From contig CAVVLO010000001.1 in NCBI GenBank assembly GCA_963749155.1, positions 256,001-320,000 on the forward strand: a stretch of DNA of 64,000 nucleotides. Direction: 5' to 3'. Within the stretch, counting starts at the first letter, position 1. Every line of letters begins with the position of its first letter. The notes below the pieces were generated by a model, which did not search any database, was not told the origin of the DNA, and saw nothing but the letters and a program-made list of their open reading frames with translations. Positions 11,015 through 21,933 of the stretch are shown piece after piece. The position numbers were made by a program, and so were the translations under genes. The DNA is from an uncultured Armatimonadia bacterium (GTDB lineage Bacteria > Armatimonadota > Zipacnadia > CAVVLO01).

Positions 11015-11252
11015 ATGCGCCAGCGTAAACCTGACTTCAATGCGATGAGAGCCAGCGGAATGCTAACAGGCATCGGCTTCACGCTAGTGCTTAGCACGCT
11101 TGCCGGCTGACGGCCTGGGCTACCTCGTGGACTCCTTGCTGGGGATTGACGCTCTAAAATACGCTGGGTTACTATTAGGCTCCGCCGCCGGGCTGGTAGG
11201 CGTAGTGAGGCTGGTCAAGTCAGCAAACGATGAAACCAACCGTAAACGCTGA
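11015..11252 (+). CDS. AtpZ/AtpI-family small membrane protein (absent from the ORF track; one extra base near 11109)
   Basis: SD AAGGAGG then ATG 11015: MRQRKPDFNAMRASGMLTGIGFTLVLSTLAG. Removing one base continues GLGYLVDSLLGIDALKYAGLLLGSAAGLVGVVRLVKSANDETNRKR*, the GxxGYxxD pattern of this family. Confidence 0.75.
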
Positions 11253-11619
11253 TCCAACAAACTGGCTATTTGGCCGGGTGGCTCTCTCAAGCGGAGTCGC
11301 AGGGATTGTTTTGGCCCTTCCTCTGCTCGCTACGGGCAATCTGCTCGCAGGCTTAAACCTGCTTGGCGGGGTCGCTTTGGCCCTGGGATTGCTCTATGTT
11401 ACCATCCAGACTGGACGCGCTTTGCTCACCCGCAGCAGGAGGCTGTGGATCTGGGCGCTAATTTTTTCTGGAAAATTGTTGCTGGCGGCTTCAGTTTTGT
11501 TCTTGAGTTACCGATATCAAGTATTAGACGTGCCTTGGGTGACCCTGGGCTATTCGATTCACCTGGTCGCCCTTACAGGATTTGGAGTCGCCTTTAGCCT
11601 GCGCAACAAGCGCGCTTAG
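11230..11619 (+). CDS. atpI: ATP synthase protein I-like membrane protein
   Basis: Four hydrophobic helices, directly upstream of atpB. Confidence 0.65.
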   Translation: MKPTVNADPTNWLFGRVALSSGVAGIVLALPLLATGNLLAGLNLLGGVALALGLLYVTIQTGRALLTRSRRLWIWALIFSGKLLLAASVLFLSYRYQVLDVPWVTLGYSIHLVALTGFGVAFSLRNKRA

Positions 11620-11664
11620 GAGTTGAGCCTGAACTCCGGCAATATATGCGGAGTGATTCGTGCT

Positions 11665-12438
11665 ATGGAAGGCCACGAACCAGGCAGCATTTTCAATTTG
11701 CTTTACCATATACCAGGCGCCGAGGCTATTGGCCTGACGCATGAAAAGGTCCCTCCCTTCGTGGAAGCGGCCTGGTTTCTGGTAATCGTGATTTCTATCG
11801 CCGTAATCCTGGCTTCGCGCTCCTATTCGCGTGACAATCCTGGCAAGCTGCAGTCCTTCCTCGAGCTGATTGTCGACTGGCTCGAAAACTTCTGCGAGCA
11901 AAGTATCGGTGCTGGCGGTAAGCGCTATGCCCCCTTTGTCGGTAGCGTCTTCCTCTTCATTCTGGCTATGAACCTGCTGGGCACGGTACCCGGTTTTCTT
12001 ACCCCCACCGGCAACCTGAACACCACCCTGGCGCTTTCTCTGACTGTTTTTCTGATGACACCGGTTTTCGGGATACAGGCTGTTGGGACGAAAGCTTTTA
12101 TTTCGCATCTGGCAGGCCAGCCAGTCTGGCTTTCGTGGTTCCTGTTCCCGCTCAATGTTATCGAAGAATTTGTGCGGCCTGTCTCACTGTCCATACGACT
12201 TTTTGGAAATATGTTCGCAGATCACACGATGGCCGGTATCATCGCGATGCTGACCTTCAGCGTGCCTTTCTTCATTACACTGGCGCCGCTTGCTTTCTAC
12301 CAGGTGCTTACCTTTTTCGGAGTGTTTGTGGCCTTGGTTCAGGCCTTTGTGTTTACCGCACTTACGACTGTCTATATCGCAGGCGCGGTTGCTACCCATG
12401 CAAGTCATGAAGTTCATACGAACGCGGAAGTTTCCTAG
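11665..12438 (+). CDS. atpB: F0F1 ATP synthase subunit a
   Basis: PGKLQSFLE, NLLG, PTGNLN, RPVSLSIRLFGN, QAFVF; ATG at 11665 preferred over the track's 11623. Confidence 0.96.
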   Translation: MEGHEPGSIFNLLYHIPGAEAIGLTHEKVPPFVEAAWFLVIVISIAVILASRSYSRDNPGKLQSFLELIVDWLENFCEQSIGAGGKRYAPFVGSVFLFILAMNLLGTVPGFLTPTGNLNTTLALSLTVFLMTPVFGIQAVGTKAFISHLAGQPVWLSWFLFPLNVIEEFVRPVSLSIRLFGNMFADHTMAGIIAMLTFSVPFFITLAPLAFYQVLTFFGVFVALVQAFVFTALTTVYIAGAVATHASHEVHTNAEVS

Positions 12439-12465
12439 CTTCACCAGTACAAGGAGGAGTTCTCG

Positions 12466-12750
12466 ATGGGTGATCTGTATTTTATGGCTCTTGCCTTCGG
12501 CGTCCTTTTCGGCGTCCCAATCGCTGCGCTTGGAGGCGCCCTTGGCCAGGGAAAAATTGGCGGAGCCGCAATGGAAGCAATGGCGCGCCAGCCCGATCTG
12601 GCCAGCACAATCCAGATGGCTATGATTATCGCGCTGGCTTTCGTTGAGTCGCTGAGCATCTACGCCCTGCTCATATTCTTCATAATGATGGGCAAGCTGC
12701 CAGCAGCCGACGTAATCCTCGAAGCTATGAAGTCTCACCTTGTTAAGTAA
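12466..12750 (+). CDS. atpE: F0F1 ATP synthase subunit c
   Basis: GALGQG..ARQP..FVESLSIY; SD AAGGAGG. Confidence 0.96.
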   Translation: MGDLYFMALAFGVLFGVPIAALGGALGQGKIGGAAMEAMARQPDLASTIQMAMIIALAFVESLSIYALLIFFIMMGKLPAADVILEAMKSHLVK

Positions 12751-12786
12751 CAGGTCGACCAGACCTGTCACAGGGAGTGCATTGGC

Positions 12787-13305
12787 TTGGAAGTACTGCA
12801 CGATCTAGGCATAGAGTGGCAACTGCTTTTGGCCCAGGCGATCGCCTTCGTGGTGCTCTATCTGGTGCTGCGCAAGTACCTGTTCGGTGCACTGGGCGCA
12901 ATGATTGAAGAACGTCGCGCCCAGATTGCCGAAACCCGGGCTCGCGCCGAGCAGGCTGCCCGCGAGGCAGAGTTGCTCCAGCAGCAGCATCAGACCGAGC
13001 TGCAGAAGCTGATCGACCAGAGGAACCGCGTCCTGGATGAAGCCAAGTCTGAAGGCCGCAAAGCCGCCGATGAGATATCAGCCGAGGCGCGCGCTTCAGC
13101 CGAAGAGCTACTTGACCGGGCCAGGCGCGATGTCGAGCGAGAGCGCGACAAAACTCTGGCGGAGCTGCGCGCTCAGGTCGCTTCTTTAGTGGTTGCTGGC
13201 ACCGAGAAACTGTTAAGGCGCGAAGTCGGGCCTGATGACCAGGCTGCTTTCGTAGACGAGTTTGCCAAGGAGCTGGAGCAGGATGAGGACCAGCGCTCTG
13301 GCTAA
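12787..13305 (+). CDS. atpF: F0F1 ATP synthase subunit b
   Basis: N-terminal TM (LLAQAIAFVVLYLVL) then coiled coil; operon position. Confidence 0.93.
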   Translation: MEVLHDLGIEWQLLLAQAIAFVVLYLVLRKYLFGALGAMIEERRAQIAETRARAEQAAREAELLQQQHQTELQKLIDQRNRVLDEAKSEGRKAADEISAEARASAEELLDRARRDVERERDKTLAELRAQVASLVVAGTEKLLRREVGPDDQAAFVDEFAKELEQDEDQRSG

Positions 13306-13831
13306 GCGCTACGCGCAGGCTCTGATTGAATCCACCCCCCAGGCTACCTGGGAGTCAGTGGCTGGCGGCCTGGACATAATCGGCGCCGCCTGGGCTGAGC
13401 AAGCCGATTTTCGTATACCGCTTGCCGATCCAGGTCTACCCGACGAGGTAAAAGTGGATTTCATCCTGGCCTTGACGCCTGATGCGCCAGATTCGCTCAG
13501 GCGCGCGCTCGAGTTACTGGTCGCGCGTGACCGGCTGGAGTTACTGCCGGATCTGGCGCTTGGTTTCCAGGAACTATCGGCCGAGGCCCAGCAGCGGCAA
13601 TTAGCGCTTGTAACATCGGCTTATGAGCTTTCTCCCGGCGAGTCCGAACGGCTTCAGACAGCTTTGGAGGCCTATCTTGGCAAGCCGGTTGTACTCAAAA
13701 CCAGGGTGGACGCTACTTTGATTGGCGGAGTGCAGGTTACCGTGGGGCAACAGATTCTGGACGGTTCTCTTCGGGGCGCTCTGGACCGGCTTGCAGAACG
13801 GCTCAGGCAGGCGCCAGTGGAGATGGAGTGA
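13283..13831 (+). CDS. atpH: F1 ATP synthase subunit delta
   Basis: LAKRYAQAL..VTSA..VDATLIGG..LDGSL. Confidence 0.93.
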   Translation: MRTSALAKRYAQALIESTPQATWESVAGGLDIIGAAWAEQADFRIPLADPGLPDEVKVDFILALTPDAPDSLRRALELLVARDRLELLPDLALGFQELSAEAQQRQLALVTSAYELSPGESERLQTALEAYLGKPVVLKTRVDATLIGGVQVTVGQQILDGSLRGALDRLAERLRQAPVEME

Positions 13832-13836
13832 TATAG

Positions 13837-15372
13837 ATGGCAATTAGACCCGACGAGATAGCCGATATACTGAAACGCCAGCTCGAGCAATACGAACCGA
13901 GTGTCGAATTCCGCTCTTCCGGTATCGTACTATCGGTTGGTGACGGCATAGCGCGCATCTATGGATTGCAGCAGGCGATGTCCGGCGAACTGATAGAGTT
14001 CCCAAACGGCCTTTTCGGCATAGCGCTCAACCTGGAAGAGGACAACGTTGGCTGCGTATTGCTGGGCTCGGAGCGCGACCTTAAAGAAGGCGACACCGCC
14101 AGATGCACAGGGCGTCTTGCCGAGGTGCCGGTTGGCGAGGCGGTACTCGGGCGAGTTATCGATCCGCTGGGCAGGCCTCTGGACGGTAAAGGCGAGCTTG
14201 TATCCACCGCCACCCGGCCCATAGAAGTCCGCGCCCCAGGGGTCATCGAGCGCCAGCCTGTGTCCGAACCGCTCCAGACGGGAATCAAAGCTGTCGATTC
14301 AATGACTCCGATTGGCCGAGGCCAGCGCGAGTTGATTATTGGAGACAGGCAAACAGGCAAGACCGCTGTGGCAATCGATACGATGATCAATCAGCGGGAC
14401 ACCGATGTCGTCTGTATCTATGTCGCAATTGGCCAGAAAACTTCGACCGTTGCGCAGGTCCAGAAAGCCCTGGAAGTCAATGGCGCCATGGCCAATTCGG
14501 TGATCGTGAACGCTGGTTCGGCAGATTCCGCGGCCTTGCAGTATATTGCGCCTTATTCGGGCACTGCCATTGGTGAGTTATTTCGGGACAGTGGCAAGCA
14601 TGCGCTCATCATCTACGATGACCTTTCCAAGCACGCTGCCGCATATCGCCAGGTTTCGCTCCTGCTCAGGCGCCCACCAGGTCGTGAGGCTTTTCCGGGA
14701 GATATTTTCAACCTTCATTCGCGGTTGCTTGAGCGCTCGGCCAAACTTTCCGAGGCCCTTGGGGGCGGCTCACTGACGGCCTTGCCGATTGTGGAGACCC
14801 AGCTTGGCGATTATTCGGCTTACATCCCGACCAATGTTATTTCAATTACGGACGGGCAGATCTACCTGGAGTCCGACCTGTTCTATTCGGGCGTCCGCCC
14901 GGCGATGAATGTCGGGATTTCTGTCTCACGAGTTGGCGGCAGTGCGCAGATCCCTGCGATGAAGCAGGTCGCTGGTCGCCTCAGGCTGGACCTGGCCCAA
15001 TACCGGGAAGTAGAAGCTTTCGCGCAGTTCAGCAGCGACCTCGATCCGGCTACCCAGCAACAGCTCAGACGCGGACAACGGATGGTCGAATTGCTGAAAC
15101 AGGGCCAGTATGAGCCGATGAAGGTCTACGACCAGATTATCGGACTTTTTGCAGGCGCAGGTGGCTTCCTCGACCAACTCGAGGTCAGCGAAGTGCTGGC
15201 TTTCGAAAATTTCCTGATCGACTTTATTAAAAACTATTCTGACAGAGTCTACGAGCAGCTTCAGCACGAAAACAAGCTCTCGGATGACCTGCGCGCGCGA
15301 CTGACAGAGGCCTGCAAGGCTGCTCTCAACGCCTGGAAAGAGAAGGCCCAGAACGCCCTTGGCCTTGGCTAA
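13837..15372 (+). CDS. atpA: F1 ATP synthase subunit alpha
   Basis: [30 protein letters not shown]. Confidence 0.98.
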   Translation: MAIRPDEIADILKRQLEQYEPSVEFRSSGIVLSVGDGIARIYGLQQAMSGELIEFPNGLFGIALNLEEDNVGCVLLGSERDLKEGDTARCTGRLAEVPVGEAVLGRVIDPLGRPLDGKGELVSTATRPIEVRAPGVIERQPVSEPLQTGIKAVDSMTPIGRGQRELIIGDRQTGKTAVAIDTMINQRDTDVVCIYVAIGQKTSTVAQVQKALEVNGAMANSVIVNAGSADSAALQYIAPYSGTAIGELFRDSGKHALIIYDDLSKHAAAYRQVSLLLRRPPGREAFPGDIFNLHSRLLERSAKLSEALGGGSLTALPIVETQLGDYSAYIPTNVISITDGQIYLESDLFYSGVRPAMNVGISVSRVGGSAQIPAMKQVAGRLRLDLAQYREVEAFAQFSSDLDPATQQQLRRGQRMVELLKQGQYEPMKVYDQIIGLFAGAGGFLDQLEVSEVLAFENFLIDFIKNYSDRVYEQLQHENKLSDDLRARLTEACKAALNAWKEKAQNALGLG

Positions 15373-15384
15373 AGGCCACCAGTT

Positions 15385-16266
15385 ATGGAAAACACTCGCA
15401 CAGTAAAACGAAAAATAGCTACGGTTGGCAAGATCGAGCAGATCACCAAGGCGATGAAGGTGGTCGCGACCAACCGCCTGAGAAAGGTCGAACAGCGCGC
15501 GCTTGCGCTGACTCGATTCGGTGAGCGGTTGAAAACTACCGCAGGGCGACTCAGCGCCGGCCTTGGCGAAGACGCTCACCCTCTGCTGGTCAAGCGCAGC
15601 CCTGTGCGCAAAGCGACCATCATCGTTGTTGGCGGCGATAGAGGCCTGTGCGGCGCCTACAACACAAATCTGCTGCGGGTGTTTTTCCAGCTGGCCGAGA
15701 TGCGCCGCCAGATCCACGAGCTTTCCTATGTGGCGGTAGGCGCTCGGGTCGCCAAGACTCTGCCCAAGCGGGGTTTTGAACTGGTTGAGGCCTTCGATGA
15801 GGTTGACAGCTCGCCTCTTTCTCCGCTGCCAGCCATTCTGGCGGAGCTTGCGCAGGCGCGCTTCCTGTCAGGCGCTGCCGATGAGGTGCTGGTCATCCAT
15901 ACTCATTATGTGAATCCACTTGTTTATCAGCCTGTCCAGATGACGTTGCTCCCCCTGGAGCCGCCTCGCAGGGCAGGTCTCGACAGTGAGCAAGTGGACG
16001 AGTCTCGCCCTTACGAGTTTGAACCTTCGGCCCAGGCGCTGCTTTCTCGCCTGCTTCCGATTTATCTGGAGACCGAGCTCGAGGCGATGTTACTCGAGTC
16101 TTCGGCGAGTGAATATGCCGCGCGCGTCGCTTCGATGACCAGCGCAAGTGATAATGCGGCCGATATGATCAAGGTGCTGACCCTCAATTACAACCGATTG
16201 AGGCAGGCAGCCATTACAAGTGAGTTACTGGAGGTGGCTACGGGCGCCGAGGCCCTTAGTGGCTGA
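15385..16266 (+). CDS. atpG: F1 ATP synthase subunit gamma
   Basis: ITKAMKVVA, DRGLCG, NRLRQAAITSEL. Confidence 0.97.
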   Translation: MENTRTVKRKIATVGKIEQITKAMKVVATNRLRKVEQRALALTRFGERLKTTAGRLSAGLGEDAHPLLVKRSPVRKATIIVVGGDRGLCGAYNTNLLRVFFQLAEMRRQIHELSYVAVGARVAKTLPKRGFELVEAFDEVDSSPLSPLPAILAELAQARFLSGAADEVLVIHTHYVNPLVYQPVQMTLLPLEPPRRAGLDSEQVDESRPYEFEPSAQALLSRLLPIYLETELEAMLLESSASEYAARVASMTSASDNAADMIKVLTLNYNRLRQAAITSELLEVATGAEALSG

Positions 16267-16281
16267 CCTAGCCCGTTTACC

Positions 16282-17708
<1,427 letters not shown>

Positions 17709-17712
17709 CCGA

Positions 17713-18135
17713 GTGCCAGAAAGACCTTTCAAACTAGGAATCTACACCAGGTTTGGCCCGGTCTATGAAGGAGAAGTCCTTTCGACGCGCCTTCCCCTGG
17801 TTACGGGCTCGCTTGGAGTCTGGAATGGCCATGCGCCAATGCTGGCCGAGGTCACTGTTGGTCTGCTTGAGGCAGATGCGGTTGGAGGCGACACTCAGCT
17901 TTTCGCCGTCTCCGAGGGATTTGCCGAAATCAGCGCAGCAGGGGTTTCGGTATTATGTCGGTCGGCAGAGCGCTCTTTGGAGATAGACCTCGAACGCGCC
18001 GAACAGGCCCTCGAGCGCGCTCGCTTGCGACTTGCCAAGGAATCACACTCTGAAGAGCATGAGTCGATTGATGAAGCGCGGGCGCAACGCGCTCTGCAGC
18101 GAGCCTTGAATCGGTTGAAAGTAAGCAACCGATAA
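17713..18135 (+). CDS. atpC: F1 ATP synthase subunit epsilon
   Basis: LGVWNGHAPM, GFAEI, IDLERA..RALNRL. Confidence 0.93.
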   Translation: MPERPFKLGIYTRFGPVYEGEVLSTRLPLVTGSLGVWNGHAPMLAEVTVGLLEADAVGGDTQLFAVSEGFAEISAAGVSVLCRSAERSLEIDLERAEQALERARLRLAKESHSEEHESIDEARAQRALQRALNRLKVSNR

Positions 18136-18165
18136 GCCACTCCCTTTTCAACCTGCTCCTGGCGG

Positions 18166-18194
18166 TTTACTCCGGCCTTCTGCACTGCTACAAT
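18166..18194 (+). promoter_or_regulatory. sigma70/sigmaA-type promoter for murA
   Basis: TTTACT-N17-TACAAT with TGn extension. Confidence 0.6.
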
Positions 18195-18229
18195 CAAGGT
18201 AAAGTAGCACCTTGTGGAGGCAATACTGA

Positions 18230-19525
18230 ATGCAGCGCCTGAGAGTGACCGGCGGATGTACGCTGGAGGGTGAGACTCGCCCTGGTGGAAGCAAGAACGC
18301 TGCTCTCCCACTACTGGTAGCCCCTCTTTTGTGTGACCAGCCTTGTACTCTCCACAATGTGCCCCGAATTCGCGACGTAGATACAATCTTCGCGGTAATG
18401 CGGGCTTTGGGTGTCCGAATTGAGCAGCTAGATGCCCACAGTTGGATCATCGATGCCAGCAGTCTCAATTCCGTAAAGGCTCCCCACGAACTCGTCTCTC
18501 AGATGCGCGCTTCATTCTATGTGGCCGGGCCACTGATTGCTCGCTGGCATGAGGCTGAAGTGGCACTGCCAGGAGGCTGTTCACTTGGGCCCCGACCCGT
18601 GGATTTCCACCTCCAGGCTTTTCAGAAACTTGGCGCCGAGGTTGCCGTAGACCACGGTTATATGCACGCTCAGTCCAAAGGGTTGATTGGCGCCCACATC
18701 GAGCTTGATTCGCGCTATTCAAGCGTGGGCACGACCGTTAACGCCATGATGGCGGCGACCCTGGCAAAGGGCACAACCACTATCGAATATGCCGCTCGCG
18801 AGCCCGAAGTGGTCGAGACAGCCTCGATGCTGCGGGCCATGGGCGCTCAGATTAGTGGCGATGGCACGCCGGTCTTGACTATCGAAGGCGTCGAAAAGCT
18901 GCATGGCTGTGAATGGAACGTGCCACCGGACCGCATAGAAACAGGCACTCTCCTGATAGCCGCAGTCGCGACCCAGGGAGATGTCGTGGTACGTGACACA
19001 CGCGCTGCTGAGCTGGAAGCTTTGCTAGCGGTGCTCAAGTCAACAGGGGCCGAGTTGCGCAAACGCAACGGGACTATCTCCCTCAGGATGAACCGCAGAC
19101 CCGCCGCCGCGCCAGATATCATCCGCACCGCGCCTTATCCCGGCTTCCCAACCGATTTGCAACCTCTGGTGGCGGCAATGCTTGCAACTGCCGAAGGGGT
19201 CAGCACGATAGAAGAGACCATCTTCACCAACCGGTTCCTCTACGTGGACGAACTAAACCGGATGGGCGCGAATATCCAGGTAAGCAGTCAGACCGCCGTC
19301 ATCCGCGGGGTGCCTGTCCTTTCGGCGGCGCCAGTTTATGGGCCGGATCTGCGCGCCGGGGCCGCTTTGCTTGTAGCTGCGCTTACTGCTGAGGGCTGCA
19401 CGGAACTCTCAGGTTGCGAGCATCTGGAAAGAGGCTACGAGGATCTCGACCGCAAGCTGGTCGAACTGGGCGCTTGCATAGAGCGCGTGGATGATGGAGC
19501 TTCGGCTGAGGAGTCCTGTAATTAG
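18230..19525 (+). CDS. murA: UDP-N-acetylglucosamine 1-carboxyvinyltransferase
   Basis: GSKNAALP, MRAS, PGGCSLGPRPVDFH (active-site Cys), PYPGFPTDLQ, DLRAGA, RGYE. Confidence 0.97.
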   Translation: MQRLRVTGGCTLEGETRPGGSKNAALPLLVAPLLCDQPCTLHNVPRIRDVDTIFAVMRALGVRIEQLDAHSWIIDASSLNSVKAPHELVSQMRASFYVAGPLIARWHEAEVALPGGCSLGPRPVDFHLQAFQKLGAEVAVDHGYMHAQSKGLIGAHIELDSRYSSVGTTVNAMMAATLAKGTTTIEYAAREPEVVETASMLRAMGAQISGDGTPVLTIEGVEKLHGCEWNVPPDRIETGTLLIAAVATQGDVVVRDTRAAELEALLAVLKSTGAELRKRNGTISLRMNRRPAAAPDIIRTAPYPGFPTDLQPLVAAMLATAEGVSTIEETIFTNRFLYVDELNRMGANIQVSSQTAVIRGVPVLSAAPVYGPDLRAGAALLVAALTAEGCTELSGCEHLERGYEDLDRKLVELGACIERVDDGASAEESCN

Positions 19526-19584
19526 CTGGCACTGAGTGCCCAGCGCAGGCCACTTTCCATCAGAGGAATATATTCAGGAAACGA

Positions 19585-20850
19585 CTAGTAAGCGCGGCTG
19601 AGTCTTTCCTGCCAGATCAAGCCCTGAAGTTGCTTTACGACTTTCTCCGCAAGCGCCTGTTCAGTCAACCCCGCTAGCTCGGCTTCACTGGTGCTGACGG
19701 CGAGCAACGCCTTGTTGATAGCGTAGATACCCCAAGCTTCGCCGACGCGACCGACACTCAAATCAGCAAGCTGGATATCGTATTCGACAAGCGCTTTGTT
19801 GAGGTTGGCTGCGAGTTCCTGCGCCCTTGCCATCGAGAGTTCAGGGTCAGGGGCGCCTTCGGCATCGTCGCCAGCAACATAGGTCGCGTACAGGGCCCTC
19901 TCGCCAATTACAACCTCGGCCACATGTTGTCCCTTTACGAGGGCAGGACGCACTTTGGCCTCGAGGGGATTATAGATAGCCCTGCGCTTTACCTGAATGC
20001 CCATCTCGCGAAGCTGCTGATACATCTGCATAACTCGGGCTGGCATATCCGGGTGGGTTGCGAAGACGCCCAGGTTAGGTTCGAAGTTCTTGCCCTGGAG
20101 CACATCGTCATGGGCCATCCGCTCGGAGAAGGCCATCAGGCCGGGAGGATTGTACCGGGGAGCGCGCGCCAGGATGTCCGTCCCAAGGGCATCGGCCTGG
20201 AACTCGTATTCCTGCGAGTAGCCATTCATCACACCTTGCAAGACCAGACTGCCAGCCGTGATGATGTCCGCTGGATTCGTATTGCCGCCGGCCAAAATCA
20301 TTGCCAGTTCGGCCCAGGTAATCATCTCCTGGGTCTGTTGGGCTTTTTTTAGCTGCCTGAGGCCGTGATACAGACAGTTATGGGCCATCTCGTGCGCGAG
20401 CACTCCGGCGAGCTCATCATCGGATTTGGCGTATTCAAGCAGGCCCGTATAGACAAAGAAGAAGCCACCAGGCAGCGCGAAAGCGTTCACTTCAGGATCT
20501 TCCACAAGAAAGACCTGATAATCCACCTGCGGGCGCGGCGAATAAGGCTTGAGCAGATTCACCATCTGGATGAGCTTCTGGCGTCTGGCGTCGTCATTAA
20601 TCAGCTTGACCGATTGCTGGATTTCTTCAGCGGCTTCCTCGCCAAGCTGATATTCTTTCAAGGGATCGAAGCTGAACTCTTGCGCCTCGATGATTATCTG
20701 ACGCACGTATTGCGCCCTTACCGGAGCGGGAGCGGAAGGTTCTTCATCCGCAGCAAAGGAGGCGCTGACCGCAAGCAGCCAAAAAACAGCTACCAGCGTC
20801 CAGGCGATCCTGTGGACCCAGGTTTTGGGCTTTGGTTGACGCATATTCAT
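19585..20850 (-). CDS. Secreted M48-family Zn metalloprotease with C-terminal extension
   Basis: Signal peptide; VNAFALPGG, LAHEMAH, YSQEYEFQAD, THP. Confidence 0.88.
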   Translation of the reverse strand: MNMRQPKPKTWVHRIAWTLVAVFWLLAVSASFAADEEPSAPAPVRAQYVRQIIIEAQEFSFDPLKEYQLGEEAAEEIQQSVKLINDDARRQKLIQMVNLLKPYSPRPQVDYQVFLVEDPEVNAFALPGGFFFVYTGLLEYAKSDDELAGVLAHEMAHNCLYHGLRQLKKAQQTQEMITWAELAMILAGGNTNPADIITAGSLVLQGVMNGYSQEYEFQADALGTDILARAPRYNPPGLMAFSERMAHDDVLQGKNFEPNLGVFATHPDMPARVMQMYQQLREMGIQVKRRAIYNPLEAKVRPALVKGQHVAEVVIGERALYATYVAGDDAEGAPDPELSMARAQELAANLNKALVEYDIQLADLSVGRVGEAWGIYAINKALLAVSTSEAELAGLTEQALAEKVVKQLQGLIWQERLSRAY

Positions 20851-21009
20851 CCTGTCAGATTATACCATGCTCTTGGTACGACCACGCGGGGTAGCAAGCG
20901 TGGTAAACTCCACGTGAGCCTCCTAATTTTAGACGTATAAATCACTGCCGAAGTTCCTTGGTATATCGAGCCAGGAGAACACAAAAAACCTAAGCCGGAG
21001 CAAGCCAGG

Positions 21010-21342
21010 GTGAATTGCCCCTTTCGTTATATTGATAAAGGCCGCACTTTCTGCGCTATCGCGATTCTCGATAGTCGGTACAACACGACTGAAGTGTCCC
21101 CCTCTGTATGCGCCGACTGCCGAGTGCCAGCGCTGGTTGGTCAGTTGCCGTGTGCCAATCTGGATGTAGGGGTTTCCATAATGACTGTATATGGCGGCGC
21201 CAGGGTAGAGGAAGTTTTTACTGCCTGTCGCGCGCGCTGCGAACAGCTAACCAATCTCGAAGGTTGCTCGCAGGAATGCGCGGATTATCAATTGGCGCAG
21301 CGGCTGGCGAATTTTCTGGCCAGGGAGGCGGACCCCAATTAA
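21010..21342 (+). CDS. Cys-rich hypothetical protein (9 Cys in 110 aa)
   Basis: GTG start; CPF..C..CADC..C..CRARC..CSQEC; stop overlaps the nadD start. Confidence 0.55.
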   Translation: MNCPFRYIDKGRTFCAIAILDSRYNTTEVSPSVCADCRVPALVGQLPCANLDVGVSIMTVYGGARVEEVFTACRARCEQLTNLEGCSQECADYQLAQRLANFLAREADPN

Positions 21343-21931
21343 AGTTGGTCTGTTTGGCGGCACTTTTGATCCTCCCCACCTGGGCCATCGCCTGGTCGCC
21401 CAGGAGGCGCTTTATGCTGGAGGCCTGGACCTGCTTGTCGTGATGCCGGCGCGGGTATCGCCTCATAAACCCGCCCCTGTTGCCCGAGAAGCGGACCGGC
21501 TTGAACTTGCCAGGCTCAATTTTGCGGATTTACCCAGGGTCGAGGTGAGCGATCTGGAGCTTGTCCGACCAGGCAAATCTTTCACAATCGAAACTGTTAG
21601 AGCGCTTCACTCGGCTCATCCAGACTGGGAACTGTTTTTGGTAATGGGCCTTGATGCCTTACTCGACCTGCCTACCTGGTATCAGGCGGAAGCGCTAGCC
21701 CAGGAAACCAGGTTTCTTGCCTGCCTCAGGCCGCCTTTGGAAGCAGGCGCCAGCCTGGACTTGCTGCCGCCCCTTTTCAGAGAGCGATCGCAACTGATAG
21801 AGCTGCCGCAAATCGAAATCAAGGCTAGTTTGATTCGCGAACGTGTGGCTGCTGGAGCCCCATATGCGGCTTTCCTGCATCCCGCAGTGTATAATCACAT
21901 CGAGAAGCAACACCTGTATGGTGCAAGGTAA
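21338..21931 (+). CDS. nadD: Nicotinate-nucleotide adenylyltransferase (probable ATT start)
   Basis: In frame upstream of the track ORF: IKVGLFGGTFDPPHLGH..SPHK..SFTIET..MGLD..ASLIRER. Confidence 0.92.
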   Translation: MKVGLFGGTFDPPHLGHRLVAQEALYAGGLDLLVVMPARVSPHKPAPVAREADRLELARLNFADLPRVEVSDLELVRPGKSFTIETVRALHSAHPDWELFLVMGLDALLDLPTWYQAEALAQETRFLACLRPPLEAGASLDLLPPLFRERSQLIELPQIEIKASLIRERVAAGAPYAAFLHPAVYNHIEKQHLYGAR

Positions 21932-21933
21932 CG

